Both the position numbers and the translations under genes were made by a program. Shown one piece after another: positions 1 to 14,210 of a stretch of DNA of 64,000 bases. The stretch spans positions 51,150,001-51,214,000 of the forward strand of contig NC_043012.1 of assembly GCF_006345805.1 (NCBI RefSeq), in the 5' to 3' direction. Within the stretch, counting starts at the first letter, position 1; the number at the start of each line of letters is the position of its first letter. Source of the DNA: Octopus sinensis (taxonomy: Eukaryota). The notes under the pieces are model-generated. The model did no database searches. It was given only the letters and a program-made list of their open reading frames with translations, and was not told where the DNA came from.

Positions 1-964
1 GTATTTGTGTTTACGAGTAATTACATTCTCAGATGTATATTTTTATTTTTCAAACCGTATTCGTAGCTTGTGTTTGTGTGGGTATTTTTATTGCGCGTGT
101 GTGTGTGCATGGTATGAGAAATTTTGCCTGATATATTTTGTGGGTTGATTCACCAACTGCACTTTCTCTTGTTGGTTCGTTTAGTACAGTTTTTACTTGT
201 TAAACAATATATTCAGTCATGTCTAGCTTAAGAAAGTGACATGTGAGCAGTCTACATTTACAAGTACAGCTCAGGGCTGTACTTAGCAGGAGCTCTCTAT
301 AATAAAAACAGTTCTCTGTATTGAGTTGTTTAGAAGACAGGATACGTAATGGCCATTTCAATCGTATCATTATAGACCTAAGTAGTTTCGACAAGAACGA
401 ACTGTACATTGCTAAGGCTTAACATTACTCAAGCAATCGTAGCCTCGATTACAGGTGTAGAACAGTATATTACATTGCACTAGAGGATATTCCTATTGAC
501 ATTCATTTTATTACATCTCACGAACCAACCCATATTGTTTACAGCAAATACAATAAAATGCCTTAGTTTCAAACGTTCAATGAATATGTTTACATAGACC
601 CCCCTCCCCGGAAGCGCATATATTCTCTTATGTCAATCGAAAAAGTTATGAACCTTCTGACACCTAGGTCATATATTCTCAAGCATCATTCATGCCAAGA
701 AAGGAATGCCAAATACAACTTCATTGCTTTTCCGTTTGTTAGAATTGTTTGCTTTTTTCTTTCGCGTGTCATTTCGTTTACGTTACTTTTTGTTGTTTCT
801 CTCATTATATATTCTAAAATAAATCGATTACATATTTATTAATCATTGATAATTTGGATAAGCAATCCAAACCAGATCAACTCTTGAGGTGAGCAATTAT
901 GGTTAAAAATTAACATGTTTCCTCGCTCTATTTATTTTTACGAAATATTTCATTCCTTCATTCT

Positions 965-982
965 TTCTCTCTCTCACACACA

Positions 983-1022
<40 letters not shown>
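965..1022. repeat. (CT)n microsatellite
   Basis: Direct reading: long ctctct run. Confidence 0.95.
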
Positions 1023-1025
<3 letters not shown>

Positions 1026-1559
1026 TTCTGGATATCTCTTTATGTTATTTATTCTTTCTAAATCCGTTTACATTTCTTAAATCTTTAGTTTGCTATCTCT
1101 CTTTAAATCCCACTTTGCTGTTTATCCAATAATCTTCTTTTCCAAATTTCTTTCTCTTTTCGTTTCTTTATTTCGCTTTGTCTTATTTATGTCTCTATAT
1201 GATTTGAAGACACATGAATGTTTTTTATATGCGTGTATGTACCCATGTCTAAAGATGTATTCATTTCGAAATTTTCAGTAAGAATCAGTATAAAGCGTTG
1301 TCAGAAACCTAGAAATAAATCAGAATTAAAATGAAACTGTAGCTCTTCTGCAGAGACTTTCGGTACCTAAATGCATTCAATAGTTCATGGTAAATGTTAT
1401 GTGCTTATGAACCAACCGTATACTTTGAATCCATCTTGCTAGCAAACTATGTGTTTTTGTGCGATTCGGTGTGTGCGTGCGTGCTTATTTGTATAGTGTG
1501 TGTAAGGATTTTGTGTTCATGTAATTTGTGAGTATGATTCTGTATGTATACATACACGC

Positions 1560-1573
1560 TATACGTTATATCT

Positions 1574-1604
<31 letters not shown>

Positions 1605-1675
1605 TATATATATAAGAATTTTTAACATAATGAGATAAAAAAACCAAGTGTTTAGACATTTATAGATAGAAGTTT

Positions 1676-1709
<34 letters not shown>

Positions 1710-1712
1710 ATA
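1560..1712. repeat. (TATATC)n/(TA)n microsatellites
   Basis: Direct reading: two TA-rich tracts, about 1560-1615 and 1675-1712. Confidence 0.9.
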
Positions 1713-1753
1713 CATCGCACTCCGTCGGTTACGACGACGTGGGTTCCAGTAAC
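1712..1753 (-). mobile_element. 3' tail fragment of SINE family C
   Basis: gcactccgtcggttacgacgacgtgggttccagt matches the tails of the full copies at 19741 and 31861. Confidence 0.8.
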
Positions 1754-2365
1754 TTATATCGTCTAATTTTTGTTATTGTTGTTGCTATAATCTTTGTCGA
1801 CATTATTGCTTTTGCCCACATAACGGCCCGAATCAGTCAAGCCTGCGATGAAACGCACTCCTTATGCTATCATTCACTATCATCTTACACCCTCTCTCTC
1901 TCCCTCCCTCCATCTCTCTCTCTCTCTCTCTCTCAGTCATTCCCTTTATACTTTTCAGATATTCCATATCTTATATGATATGATATTATAGCAGGTTACA
2001 CATGCATTTACATATCAGGTGGTCGATTATAATTTGATTCGGCTTTTGATGATAGTATGGCACCTTCACGGAAAACACAGCTGGATGATTTTTCGTTCAT
2101 TATTGTCCATATTTAGTCGTTAGTCTGATAATTTTGTGTCAGTAATGGGTCGAATTTCATGGTAAGTAAAGTATATGTTTAGTCATTCTCAAAATTTCCA
2201 GCGGGCTCAAGAGTTACGTTGTCCAAATCTCAGGGCATTGTATCGAGACATTTTTGTTTGCTGTGAGATTTTTTTTTATCAATACGTGCAGATTGGTGTG
2301 AATGTCAGTGAACAAACAAATATGATGTATTATCAATATATGCCCAGTGTTTGTGTGTTCTTTCT

Positions 2366-2623
2366 CGAGCCATCCCTGGCTTATATGTGCCCCACCCGGA
2401 CGGGACGCCGAACCGTCGCAGGTGAACTGCTAGATGCAGGTGGAAAGAGTGAGAGAAAGTCGTGGCGAAAGAGTTCGCAGAGGTTCACACTTACCTTCTT
2501 TCGAAGCCGCGTGGAGCTTAGGTGTTTCGCTCAGAAAAACACACATATCGTCTGGTCTGAGATTCGAACCTGCACCCCTCGACTTAGAGTTCGGAACTCT
2601 AACCACTAGGCCATGTGTCTCCA
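2366..2623 (-). mobile_element. tRNA-derived SINE, family C head with a different, older tail
   Basis: Minus strand carries a tRNA-like head (ggcctagtggttagagttccg...ggttcgaatc). The body gagtgagagaaagtcgtggcgaaagag is shared with the family C copies, but the tail differs. Confidence 0.8.
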
Positions 2624-2804
2624 AATATGGCCAGTGTAGACCTAATTATTTATTCTATGTCCACATCGCGAATATTGGTTTTGTAAAAACGTCAGATTAT
2701 AAAGGCCTAAGTATATATGCACACCGGAAAATGAGAAGAGGCGTCTAACCAATATTCACTTATTTTAAGGCAGCGAACTTTCTGAGATATTTACAAAGGG
2801 CAAA

Positions 2805-2960
2805 ATATTCGCGCTATTTCGCCTGTCCTTACATATTGAGTTCAAATTCCGCCAAGGTCGGCTTTACCTTTCATCCTTTCGGAGTCGATAAAATAAATAC
2901 TAACTGTGCACTAGGCTCCCTCCCCAAAATTGCTGGCCTTGTGACAAAATTTCGAACCAA
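2805..2960 (+). mobile_element. Degenerate SINE family B fragment
   Basis: gagttcaaattccgccaaggtcggctttacctttcatcctttcggagtcgataaa core plus the ctccccaaaattgctggccttgtg tail. Confidence 0.75.
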
Positions 2961-3060
2961 TATATATCTGATTCATAGCAGTTATTTTGAGCAATGTTAT
3001 TGTACTGCAATATTAAAGGAAATTCGTGTTCACTGAAATTAGTTTTGAAAAATAAGTTTT

Positions 3061-3465
3061 GAAGTGGTTGTGTGGTAAGTAGTTTGTTTACCATCCACAT
3101 GGTTCCGGGTTCAGTCCCACTGCGTGGCAGCTTGGGTGAGTGTCTTCTGCTATAGCCTCGGGCCGACCAAAGCCTTGTGAGTGGATTTCGTTGAGGGAAA
3201 CCGAAAGAATCCCGCCGTATATATGTAGATGTATATATGTGTGTGCATGTTTGTTTGTCAGTATTTGTCCCCTCCCCCAACATTGCTTGACAACAGATGC
3301 TGGTGTCTTTACGTCCCCGTAACTTAGCGGTTCGGCAAAAGAGACCGATAAAGTAAGTACTAGGCTTACAAAGAATAAGTACTGGGGTCGATTTGCTCGA
3401 CTAAAGGCGGTGCTTCAGCATGGCCGCAATCAAATGAGTGAAACAAGTAAAAGAATAAAAGAGTA
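3061..3465 (+). mobile_element. tRNA-derived SINE family A (CORE-like segment, internal microsatellite)
   Basis: A box (gtggttgtgtggtaag), B box (gggttcagtccc), CORE-like cttgggtgagtgtc, internal TA/TG tract, and tail gcatggccgcaatcaaatgagtgaaacaagtaaaaga. About ten copies occur in the window. Confidence 0.9.
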
Positions 3466-4012
3466 TATATATATGATTTGCCTGCGTGCACTATTTGCAG
3501 CAGTATTTTACACTGAATAACCTTAAGGTGTCACTGTAGGGCATGAGAAAATAGAATTTAGATACATTCGCATTTTGTCAGTAGAATGATAAATGCGTTT
3601 GTGGGAACAAGAAGAATTCAATGACAAAATTAGCGGGTGTTATTGTAAGAATTTAGATAAATTTGGTCGTGTAGCTAAACTTTAAGCTAAATGAATAAGT
3701 TTAAGAATGCTACGTAAAATAAAATGTGAAGAAAATATTTGGGTGTTGGAGTAATGGAAATGAAATACGGTACTAAGGTGGATCTTATTTTAAGAAATAT
3801 TTCTATTTAACTTGCAAGATATTTTGACTCGTCACAGAACCCCGAGCATTTCGGCGCTTTTACTTTCTCGTCCTGAGTTCCCATTCTGGCTTTTGATTTA
3901 TGTTTATCTCTATTATTCTCGATCTATCATTCTTATTGTCTACAATATTTTACTGTATTACTAATTTCTCTTGTTTTCGTATCCGTATATTTCATTTCAT
4001 CTGTCTACCTAC

Positions 4013-4140
<128 letters not shown>

Positions 4141-6003
4141 TTATAGGCGTACACACTCATTTATCTTCTACTCTCACTTGTTTCCCTGTCTATCTCTCGT
4201 TTGCTCTTCTACTATTACTAATTATCTCCATTTAGAAAACTCTGTCTTTGAATTTTCCCTCCCTGCTTCTCAAATATTTTCTTTCTTGTTAATATCTAAT
4301 GTACGGTCTTCTTTTATGTTTCTTTGTATTTAGTCTCTCTTCTGTCTCTTTCGAACCGTTATTTTTACTCACCATCGCTCCCTTTGTCTCTTTTGAGTTC
4401 CTTTCACCTGAGTCATTTTGTGTACCTTTTCCTCCTTAACATCCGATTCGTTTCCTTTGTCTTTATCATCCATCGTCTTTCTCATATCTCATACTCAAAT
4501 CAACTGACATTGAACCTTTCTCTCTCTATGTCTACCACTGTCTGTATATCTATATATCAGTATCATAGTACTTATCTCCATCCTCTCATCTCACCCATCT
4601 AACAGATTCTTGTCTCGTATCATTTTCTCAATGATCTCCACCTCTTCCAATCTTTTCACATCTGTAGCAGTCTCAATCGCCACAATTCTACTCTGCATTC
4701 TCACATTTAAATTAAACTCGTCCTCCACCTCTCACGTGAGTTCTCCATATCAATTGTACTCTCTCTCTCTCTCTCTCTCCGTCTCATTTATAACTCTAAC
4801 TCACATTCCTTATGTATTAATGTTCCTATGAACACAACTCTCTCTCCTCTCTTAACATTCATCTCCTACACACCCTCGCAGTTAATGCCTGTATATACTG
4901 TAAGTCTGTATGCTGTAATTATCAGAAATGATTTATTACTGACATTGATGAAAATTTTCTTCCTTCGGAATATTGTCTAATATTGATTACTACTCCGTCG
5001 TTTCTTGTTATATTAAATTTGGTGGCTGTGACAGACACATTGGGTAATAACTCCTCGATATATTTACAATTATACAGACTGACACGCACATGAAAACATA
5101 CACACTCCGATATATCTACAAAAATACACATGCATACGTTCAATATACATGAGCGTGCGTGCACATATGATAGTATGTGAGCGTGTATGCATATATGTAT
5201 ATATCTATCAAGATGTACGAATATATATCGAATATATATATACACACATAGATGTGGATAGCTAGCTAGCTAAATAGCGAAACAAAGAGAAAGACAGGAA
5301 GAAAGAATGAAGGAAAGGAAATGGGATGGTGGGATAGATGAATGTGAAGGAAGACACAAAAATGCAAAGAAAAAGAGCAAAAATAATGAACTTGTTTAAA
5401 TATACACATTTATGATACCCTTGCTTTAAAATGTAGGGTATATACACACACAAATATTTCTGTAATATCACTCTGATGCTTAGATATACCTGGCATTCTA
5501 CCAACATTAGAATTCAATATGAAATGATTTTTTATAATTATATGTACAATATTACATGATATTCATTTCTTGTTTCTTTTTGTATAAACATATATTTTAT
5601 ACTTGAGACAAATTTCAATGCAAATATATAATAAATATTATTCAGAAAATACATTTTCGAAGTCTTTATTTAATTGATTATATTTTCCTCTATTTAAAGA
5701 CCATTTATTTCACATGATACAAGCTTTTTTAGTTTTAAATATTTTAGGTTTGTGGGCAGAGCGAATTCATTGTAAACCAGAATGTTGCAAACAACATGTT
5801 GATCTATATGTATCAACATTAAGCACTAGATAATTTTAGGTCCCAAATATATTGGGAGAAATTTAATGGATTTTGATATATTTGCTAATTTTTAAACAGA
5901 AACCAGAGATCATATAAAACGAAGTTGTGTTTTTTTTTTTGTCACACTTGTTCAGTAGTTTCTAAAACGAAAACTACAAACTAATTGTCAATTTTATACT
6001 ACA

Positions 6004-6396
6004 AGAGTGATTGTGTGGTACGTAGCTTGCTTACAAACCACACGGTTCTGGGTTCAGTCCCACTGCGTGGCACCTTGGGCAAGTGTCTTCTACTATAGCC
6101 TCGGGCCAACCAAAGTCTTTTGAGTGCATTTGGAAGGCGGCAAGCTGGCTGAATCGTTAGCACGCCGGGCGAAATGCGCAGCCGTATTTCATCTGCTGTT
6201 ACGTTCTAAGTTCAAATTCCGCCGAGGTCGACTTTGCCTTTCATCCTTTCGGGGTCGATAAATGAAGTACCAGTTACGCACTGGGGTCGATGTAATCGAC
6301 TTAATCCGTCTGTCTGTCCTTGTTTGTCCTCTCTGTGTTTAGCCCCTTGTGGGTAGTAAAGAAATAGGAAACTGAAAGAAGCCCGTCCTATATATG

Positions 6397-6462
<66 letters not shown>

Positions 6463-6705
6463 ATATGTGTGTATGTGTGTGTGTGTGTGTATGCTTGTGT
6501 GTCTGTGTTCGTCCCCCCAACATCGCTTGACAACCGATGCTGGTGTGTTTACGTCCCCGCAACTTAGCGGTTCGGCAAAAGAGAAACCGATAGATTTAGT
6601 ACTAGGCTTACAAAGAATAATTCCTGGGGTCTATTTGTTCGACTAAAGGCGGTGCTCTAGCATGGCCGCGGTCAAATGACTGAAATAAGTAAAAAAGTAA
6701 AAGAT
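6004..6705 (+). mobile_element. SINE family A interrupted by a family B SINE
   Basis: A head at 6004-6133; A sequence resumes at aaactgaaagaagcccgtc (6369) and runs to the A tail. Confidence 0.9.
6134..6368 (+). mobile_element. tRNA-derived SINE family B, monomer, nested in a family A copy
   Basis: aaggcggcaagctggctgaatcgttagc head, gttcaaattccgccgaggtcgactttgcctttcatcctttcggggtcgataaa core, gtagtaaagaaatagg end. Confidence 0.9.
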
Positions 6706-7302
6706 AGTATTTTCCTTTTTTTCCTAAACAATAAGAGCAAGTCCGTTCACAGACCCCTAGTAACACATTGTTTTATGAAAGAAACTAGTGATACCGAGGC
6801 AAAATCTGAATGAACTGAATGGAGTTTTACTTTATTCAATTTCTAATCAATTTCAAAATTATGCAGCGTGACTATATTACTAATATATAAATAATACTTA
6901 TATATATTAAATCAAACTTAATATATTTTATTGGTGAATTACTCTCTGGTATTTATAGTTATTACAATTTTAACTTAATAACTTACATATACATTTGTAT
7001 ATATTTTTATTGCTTTATTATTAACATTTTCAGCTATGGAAATGGAACGTTTAATTTTTTGAATATTCTCCTAAAACTTATCACAACATTCGTAATCAAA
7101 AGGTAGGTAACTATTTTTCAAATGCAAAACTTCATCATTCTTCGAAGCACTACCTCTAAATATCCTGACACAATTTGAAGTGTTTTTTCTACTTTCGTTT
7201 GCTGTGTAGATGTTCATCTCTTCCCCCAATAAAAGTGACTACTGCATTATATGTATATGTCTAAACTGTCGAAAATTAGTACCATACCACAACAGCTGTG
7301 CA

Positions 7303-7810
<508 letters not shown>

Positions 7811-8029
7811 GTGTAAGTGATGAAAGACTATGCTAGCCTTCGTACATGCTTTGTAGTGCTGATGCATGGCAACACAGCTAAATGCTATTAAGGACATTGT
7901 AGTCTTTGCGACCTAGAAGCTATGTTATATAATTTTAAACGGTAAGCACTTTAAATCCGCAGCAGCAGCAATCTTTGCGAGAGAAATAATATTTTTGATT
8001 TCCAGTGTATGATAAAAGAAAAGAAGGAA

Positions 8030-8125
8030 AGAAGAAGAAGAAGAAGAAGAAGAAGAAGAAGAAGAAGAAGAAGAAGAAGAAGAAGAAGAAGAAGAAGAAG
8101 AAGAAGAAGAAGAAGAAGAAGAAGA
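8030..8125. repeat. (GAA)n microsatellite
   Basis: Direct reading; abuts the LINE cluster. Confidence 0.95.
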
Positions 8126-8900
8126 AAACCCTCTTCATGTCAAATACTGGGTTAAACGCAAATGAAATAGACAAAGCAAAATCCCAACAACGGCTGAGAA
8201 GATCAGGTCTCAAAGCAGAGATTGGAGGGTTTTTAAATGTAGCGCAAGACCAAAGCCTCCCCACCACAATTTTCCAAAAAACATACAAGGAAGAAACATA
8301 ACAAGTAACTGCAAAGCATGTGGAGATAGACAAGTAACACTAAACTATAATTCTCTGGCTGTCCAGTCCTGGCTAAGAAGGAATATATTCACAGACACGA
8401 TAGAGTTGGGATCTATATACACTGGAAACTATAGCAACACTATGGAATAGCAACAGAAAAATGATGGTATAGGCACACGCTAGAAAAGGTCACACGAAAT
8501 GAGAAGGTAACCATACTATACGATATGTCAATACACACAGTTGGAGAAATCAAGGCCAATAGGCTGGGTATAGTTGTCAAAGATCATGAAGAAGAAAATG
8601 CTTTTTTAATCGATGTATCAATACCAAACGACGACAAATGTTTCTCTAAAAGAAACGGAGACATTTTCAAAATGGAAAGACCGGAAACAGAGATAACTCG
8701 AATGTGGAGTTTAAAAAAACAGTGACAATTCCTATCATAGTAAGCGCATTAGGTATGATAGAAAAATATTCCGACAAATATATAACAAAAACACCAGGAC
8801 TAACGAGTATATATAACATACAGAAAATAGCACTACTAGGCACAGCACCCATCACGTAAAATATTTTCAATGCAGTACAAATTAGAGCATCACAACAAAC
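8126..8900 (+). mobile_element. 5'-truncated RLE-type non-LTR retrotransposon (R4/Dong-like), 3' fragment
   Basis: Degenerate translation LRRSGLKAEIGGFLNVAQDQSLPT, Zn knuckle CKACGD...SGCPVLAKKEYIHRHDRV, and RLE region IKANRLGIVV...LIDVSIP...IPIIVSALG. Contains stops and frameshifts. Confidence 0.85.
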
Positions 8901-8989
8901 CATGATGATGATGACGACGTCTCAACAGTTTCTCACAATGTCTGAACGGTGTATCAATAACTTTTTGCTGTCCCAACAGTGCAGATATT

Positions 8990-9725
8990 CAGTAGCGTAA
9001 AAGGGTAGAATCTAAAATTAAAAATAGTGGTAAGCTTATAATACATAAAGGCAAAGTAATATCGTCTGATATTGTAAATCAACCCAACGAAGAGAAAATC
9101 AAGGATGTTGAGATTAATGTATATAAGTATCTGACAATGTGGAGTATGACAAAATCAAGGAGAGTCTGAGGCGAGAATATCAAAGAAGTTCCAAAGTATG
9201 GGAATTAGATTTAATTGACAGAACAAGATTAGGGCAGTGAACATATGGGGTATTTCCTTAATGCGATACGGTACAGTTGTCGTTAGATGTAGATGTATAA
9301 ACAACGAGTTTGAGGAAATGGCTAGTTAGCCAATAAAATGATATTAGTAGACTCTGTGTGCTAAAGAACAAGGTACTGCACCAAAAAAATGATATCAGTA
9401 GACTCTGTGTGCTAAAGAACAAGGTATGAAGTGGCCTCATACGATTCAAGTTCTATGTTGTCAACGAGAAGGACAGTCGGGTGGTACATCAAACAGCAGA
9501 GTGAATTCTTGCTTGCCTATGCTAAATATTATACCACAATACCTACCAAAAATATGACGCACTCAAAAAGTTTAAGAAACAAGATGAAGAACAAAGAACA
9601 AACAATTGGAAAATTAAAACAATGCATAGGCGATACCTCAAAGATATCGAAAGGAAAGAAGCAACCAACAGCTAGAATTGGCTAAGAAAAAGTAATCTGA
9701 AACGATGCACTGAGGCACGGATATG
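8990..9725 (+). mobile_element. R4/Dong-like LINE fragment (RT C-terminus/thumb)
   Basis: Degenerate translation ...NVYKYL...AVNIWGISLMRYG...MHRRYLKD...WLRKSNLKRCTEA. Includes an internal ~40-bp tandem duplication at about 9335-9426. Confidence 0.7.
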
Positions 9726-9739
9726 CAGCGGATGGGCTA

Positions 9740-12085
9740 CAAAGGATGGTCGGAGTTAAAAACAGACAGGTAGCAGTTGGAATCAGAGAGCAGTGTAACT
9801 AGAGGAACAGGGAAATGGTGATGAAGCTGCTAAAGATAAGGAACAGGAACGTTATACAGTGAAACCTTATACTGTGGTGGGAGAACATGCAGGGGAAATG
9901 AACCAACAAAATAATGAACTGAAATTCAAAGACGACTCACCGAGTTGATGAATGCTCAAGAAGGTAGAAAGGAGTATGATAAATAAAGTAGCACAAAAGA
10001 TAAATACTGTCATACTATACATCCAGACGGAGGACATAACAGAAACAAGGAATCTTCTCCGAGCTATTGCATTACTTGCTGAGAAATTATAACTTAAGAA
10101 AACAAAAACTGGTGGAGCAAAAGAACAATGGTGGAAACGACGCATTGAAAGGGACCTAATGCTAGCAAGGCAAAATCTAGGAACAATTAGCAATCGTTAA
10201 GAGGAAACTGGAAAATGGGACAAAGACCGACCGAGAAAAATTAGAAAATAAATATAAAATACGGCAGAACGGGTTTGAAACAGTAATAGAGCAGTTAAAA
10301 CAGAGGTTCGTTGCAAAAACCAGAAGATCAGAAGATTTGTGAACAGAAATAAGCAGTTCGAGGAGAACAGATTGTTCAAGAATAACCCGAAGCAATTCTT
10401 TCGTACATTAGAAGGACACAATGGGGAAAATGTTGCTCCTGATGCAAATCAAGCCAAAGAGTTCTGGAATGGATTATGGGGAAAGAATGTGGTGCATGAA
10501 AGGGATGCAATGTGAATAGGAACTATCAAGACAGAATTACTATTAGGAAAGTAACAAAAGAATAATGCCAAAAGCACGGTTGACGTGAAAGAACAAGTGT
10601 GTAAAGTGCCTAACTGGAAAACACTCGGGCCAGATGGGATTCATGGCTTTTGGCTGAAGATATGTCCCGCGGTGCATGAAAGAGAAGCAGCCCAATTGAA
10701 CGAGCGTGTTCAGAACGGTACAGTTTCCGATTGGATGATGACTGGGAGGAAAACGCTTATAATGGAAGATAGAAGGAAGGGGAATATTGTGGGAAAGTAC
10801 CGTCCCATAGCATGCTTAAACATAATCTAGAAGATACTCACTGGAATATGTGCGGTAAAGACATATACGTTCCTGGGAGAGGGAGAAATACTACCAAGGG
10901 GACAACAAGGATGTAGGAAGAATTCTCAGAGTACTAAGGTTCTGGATGACATTCTACACGGAGAAATGAAAGTCAAGGTCCCCGAAGCGTATCAAAAAAG
11001 GGTGAAGATGGTGTCGAAATCCAGCCTGAATGTTGGATTACAGCATTGAATATCCGGGCAGTTGCGGTGGTCAGATATAGTGCGTCCATCCTCAAATGGA
11101 CTAAGGAGGAAATATCAGCACTGAGACAAGTTGGTGACCCTGCATGAGGCGTTAAACCCTAAAACAAACGTAAGCATACTGTATATGACAAGAAAGAATG
11201 GTGGCAGAGGACCAATTAGCATAGACAATTGTATAAGGAGTGAAAGGAGAACACTTGCCGAGAATTTGATAAATAGTGATGAAAACTTGCTGTAAAATGC
11301 CGCGAAAAATATGTGTGTAAATGCAGATGAAATAATGAGCAAGGAAGAGTTTAACCAAAGAGCTAAGGAGAAGAGAAAAGAAGACCTTGAAATGAGAATG
11401 TATGGTCAGTTTGAAAAGAATACAACAGACGTTAAGAATAATACAACATAGTGGGTATGGCTTGAGGGAAGTGATTTGAAGCGTACCACCGAAAGCCTGA
11501 TCATTTCTGCACAAGACCAGGCTCTCGTTACCAATTCAGTGAAGTATAACCTCTATAAACATCTGGCAGAGAAATGCAGACTCAGTGGAAAGAGTATGGA
11601 AAATGTAATCCACTTTGTAAGTGGATGTGAGACCCTTGAACAAAAAGAATACAAACGCCGCCACGATACAATGTGTGTGTATCTTCATTGGCTCTTATAC
11701 CGTAAATACCAAAACGAAGTAACAGAGAAATGGTAGCCATACCAAATGATGTAGCCATAACAAATGACATGAATGTTGTGATTAAAGAGGTTCTAAAATC
11801 TCCAAGTACTCTGAATTGAAAGTGGAAATGGCAACACTGTATGGAATGCGGGAGGATAATGTAAAAGTGATACCAGTTGCTATAGGCTCAATCCCATTGG
11901 GACTTCAAGACTTCATAAAGCAACTGGAAATCCCAGGCAAGATTGATGTATTGCAAAACGCAACCTTATTGAGCACAGCGCACATCTTAAATAATGTATT
12001 ATCTGTCTGAGGTGCTTGTTGTGACATGACAGATAACTAAAGTCTCCGGTGCATTGTTACCTACACTGTGTTACGAAGGAATAAT
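9740..12085 (+). mobile_element. R4/Dong-like LINE, 5'-truncated, internally deleted, with 3' end
   Basis: WWKRRIERDL, NNPKQFF, EFWNGLW, WKTLGPDGIHGFWLK, YRPIACLNII, GQQGCRKNSQST. The sequence jumps near 10937 to the post-RT region, so the catalytic YxDD core is missing. Then AQDQALVTN, CRLSG...HFVSGC, KRRHD, IPVAIG, stop at 12010, a short UTR and (TAA)n. Confidence 0.9.
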
Positions 12086-12098
12086 AATGATGAGGATG

Positions 12099-12158
<60 letters not shown>

Positions 12159-12226
12159 GTAATAATAATAATAATAATAGTAATAATAATAATAATAATA
12201 ATAACAACAATAATAATGATAATAAT

Positions 12227-12314
<88 letters not shown>

Positions 12315-12335
12315 GAAGAAGAAGAAGAAGAAGAA
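12085..12335. repeat. (TAA)n followed by (GAA)n microsatellite
   Basis: Direct reading. Confidence 0.95.
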
Positions 12336-12339
12336 AATC

Positions 12340-12960
12340 CTAAAAACGATTGAACAATCAAGAGTATCATGAGGTGAGTGATATATGGTGAAGCAGCAGG
12401 GAAACTCTGGTCAGGGCAGAAATCTGGAGCCAAGAAGTCCAACATAATATACAAGCAGGATGGTTACGAGAATATAAAATAGAAATGGAAATTGGGGTGT
12501 CACAAGAAAATATAACTAACATGGAAAGAAAATAATAGAGATGGTTATGAAAATATCAACTGGAAATACTACGTCCAGTTTTTCTGGCTCCCAGGTTTTT
12601 CTGGCTCACAGTTATATACGGCCATTTTTTTTTTACCGAATGCATATAAAATAAGTATTAACTTGGATGACAAAATGAAAGATAATGCTAGTATAGAACG
12701 TCAAAGAAAAACGAGAAGTGAGCAATTATAGACCTATTACTTGCTTAGCGTTTCTCTGGGAAGTACGAACTAGTCTCAGGGCGGATGAAGAATATTACTT
12801 TCTGGAAAAGGTAAATTTATTGCTTGACGAAGAATAATGGAACTGCTGATCTGCTATTTAGCGATAGGAGTGTATAAAATGAGACACGAATAAGGAAGAA
12901 TATTTCATTCGCGATTTACAGGGTCTTGTCCCTACCACAATATCCGACCTGAGCTGACGC
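12340..12960 (+). mobile_element. Old R4/Dong-like LINE fragment (pre-RT and RT N-terminus)
   Basis: Translation EIWSQEVQHNIQAGWLREY and later NYRPITCLAFLWEVRTSLRADEEYYFLEKVNLL. Confidence 0.7.
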
Positions 12961-13274
12961 AGATTATTATAAGCTGGTTTTTATTTTTTAACTGATTTGG
13001 TACTTTCTTGTATAACTCCTCAGTTTTCTGAAATAACGAAGCATATTTCAATTTGACATAGCTGCAGGTTAACTCACAACCACAGGTATACGCTTATTCT
13101 GCCAAAATTTGTCAGGCATGAACTATTTGGTCAAATATGTCAATAAATAAGCTACATACAAATCCCATTCTACTGCACTCATTTGTTATTTTCTTGTTAC
13201 TGATTATGCATGTCCTAACAAACTTTCAATGTTGCTTACATTAAATAATACACTCTCTTTATTTACTTTTTATA

Positions 13275-13663
13275 TACTCTTTTACTTGTTTCAGTCATTT
13301 GACTGTGGCCATGCTGGAGCAGCACCTTTAGTCGAGCAAATCGACCCCAGGAATTATTCTTTGTAAGCCTAGTACTTATTCTATCGGTCTCTTATGCCGA
13401 GCCGCTAAGTTACGGTGACGTAAACACAGCAACAGCGGTTGTCAAGTGATGTTAGCGGTGGGGGGGGGGTCAAACACAGACACTCAAACATATACACACA
13501 CACATATATATATATATACGACGGACTTCTTTCAGTTTCCGTCTACCAAATCCACTCAGAAGGCTTTGGTCGGCCCGAGGCTGTTGTAGAAGACACTTGC
13601 CCAAGGTGCCACACAGTGGGACTGAACCCAAGCTACTTACCACACAGCCACTCCTACGCCTAT
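13275..13663 (-). mobile_element. SINE family A (small deletion in head)
   Basis: Reverse complement of the family A consensus from tail to head. Confidence 0.9.
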
Positions 13664-13989
13664 ATGGTTCGTTAGAATCATAAGTCCGTATTTCAAAATG
13701 CTTCGCTCTCTTTGTTCCAGTTATTTTTCTCAACTGAGTTATAATCATGCAATTTTAACATTGCCTACATATTTTCGAAGTTCATAAAATGAAATACAAC
13801 TCAAATATTGTGTCAATGGTAACAACTGACCAATGTTCCTCAATTTTGCTGGAACTGAGCCTTTATTTGCAACAACTGATAAACGAGAGCTGATATATTT
13901 CATCGAAGAAGAGGACCAACATTTCCACTAAAAATTATTGGCCTATGTCTAAATCAGATACCAGTTTTATTAATAACGGTAACGCGGTG

Positions 13990-14210
13990 TATTGTCAGCA
14001 TCATTAGCACGTCGGACAAAATGCTTCGCGGCATTTCTCCCGGATCTTTTCCTCCTGATTTCACATCCCACTGAGGTTAGCTTTGCTTTACATCATTTCA
14101 AAGTCGATAAAATAAGTACCAGCTTAATAGTACTGAAGAGCGATATCATCGATCTGCCCCTCCCCTTAAATTTGCTAGCCTTGTACCAAAATTAGAAAAA
14201 AATGTTTCTA
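13990..14210 (+). mobile_element. Degenerate SINE family B
   Basis: Diverged head (cattagcacgtcggacaaaatgc), core (aagtcgataaaataagtaccag) and tail (ccctccccttaaatttgctagccttg). Confidence 0.7.

Noticed and set aside
13000-13030. Minus-strand CTGAGGA...GAAAGTAC
   Set aside because: No helix II base pair, no UH triplet and no helix I.
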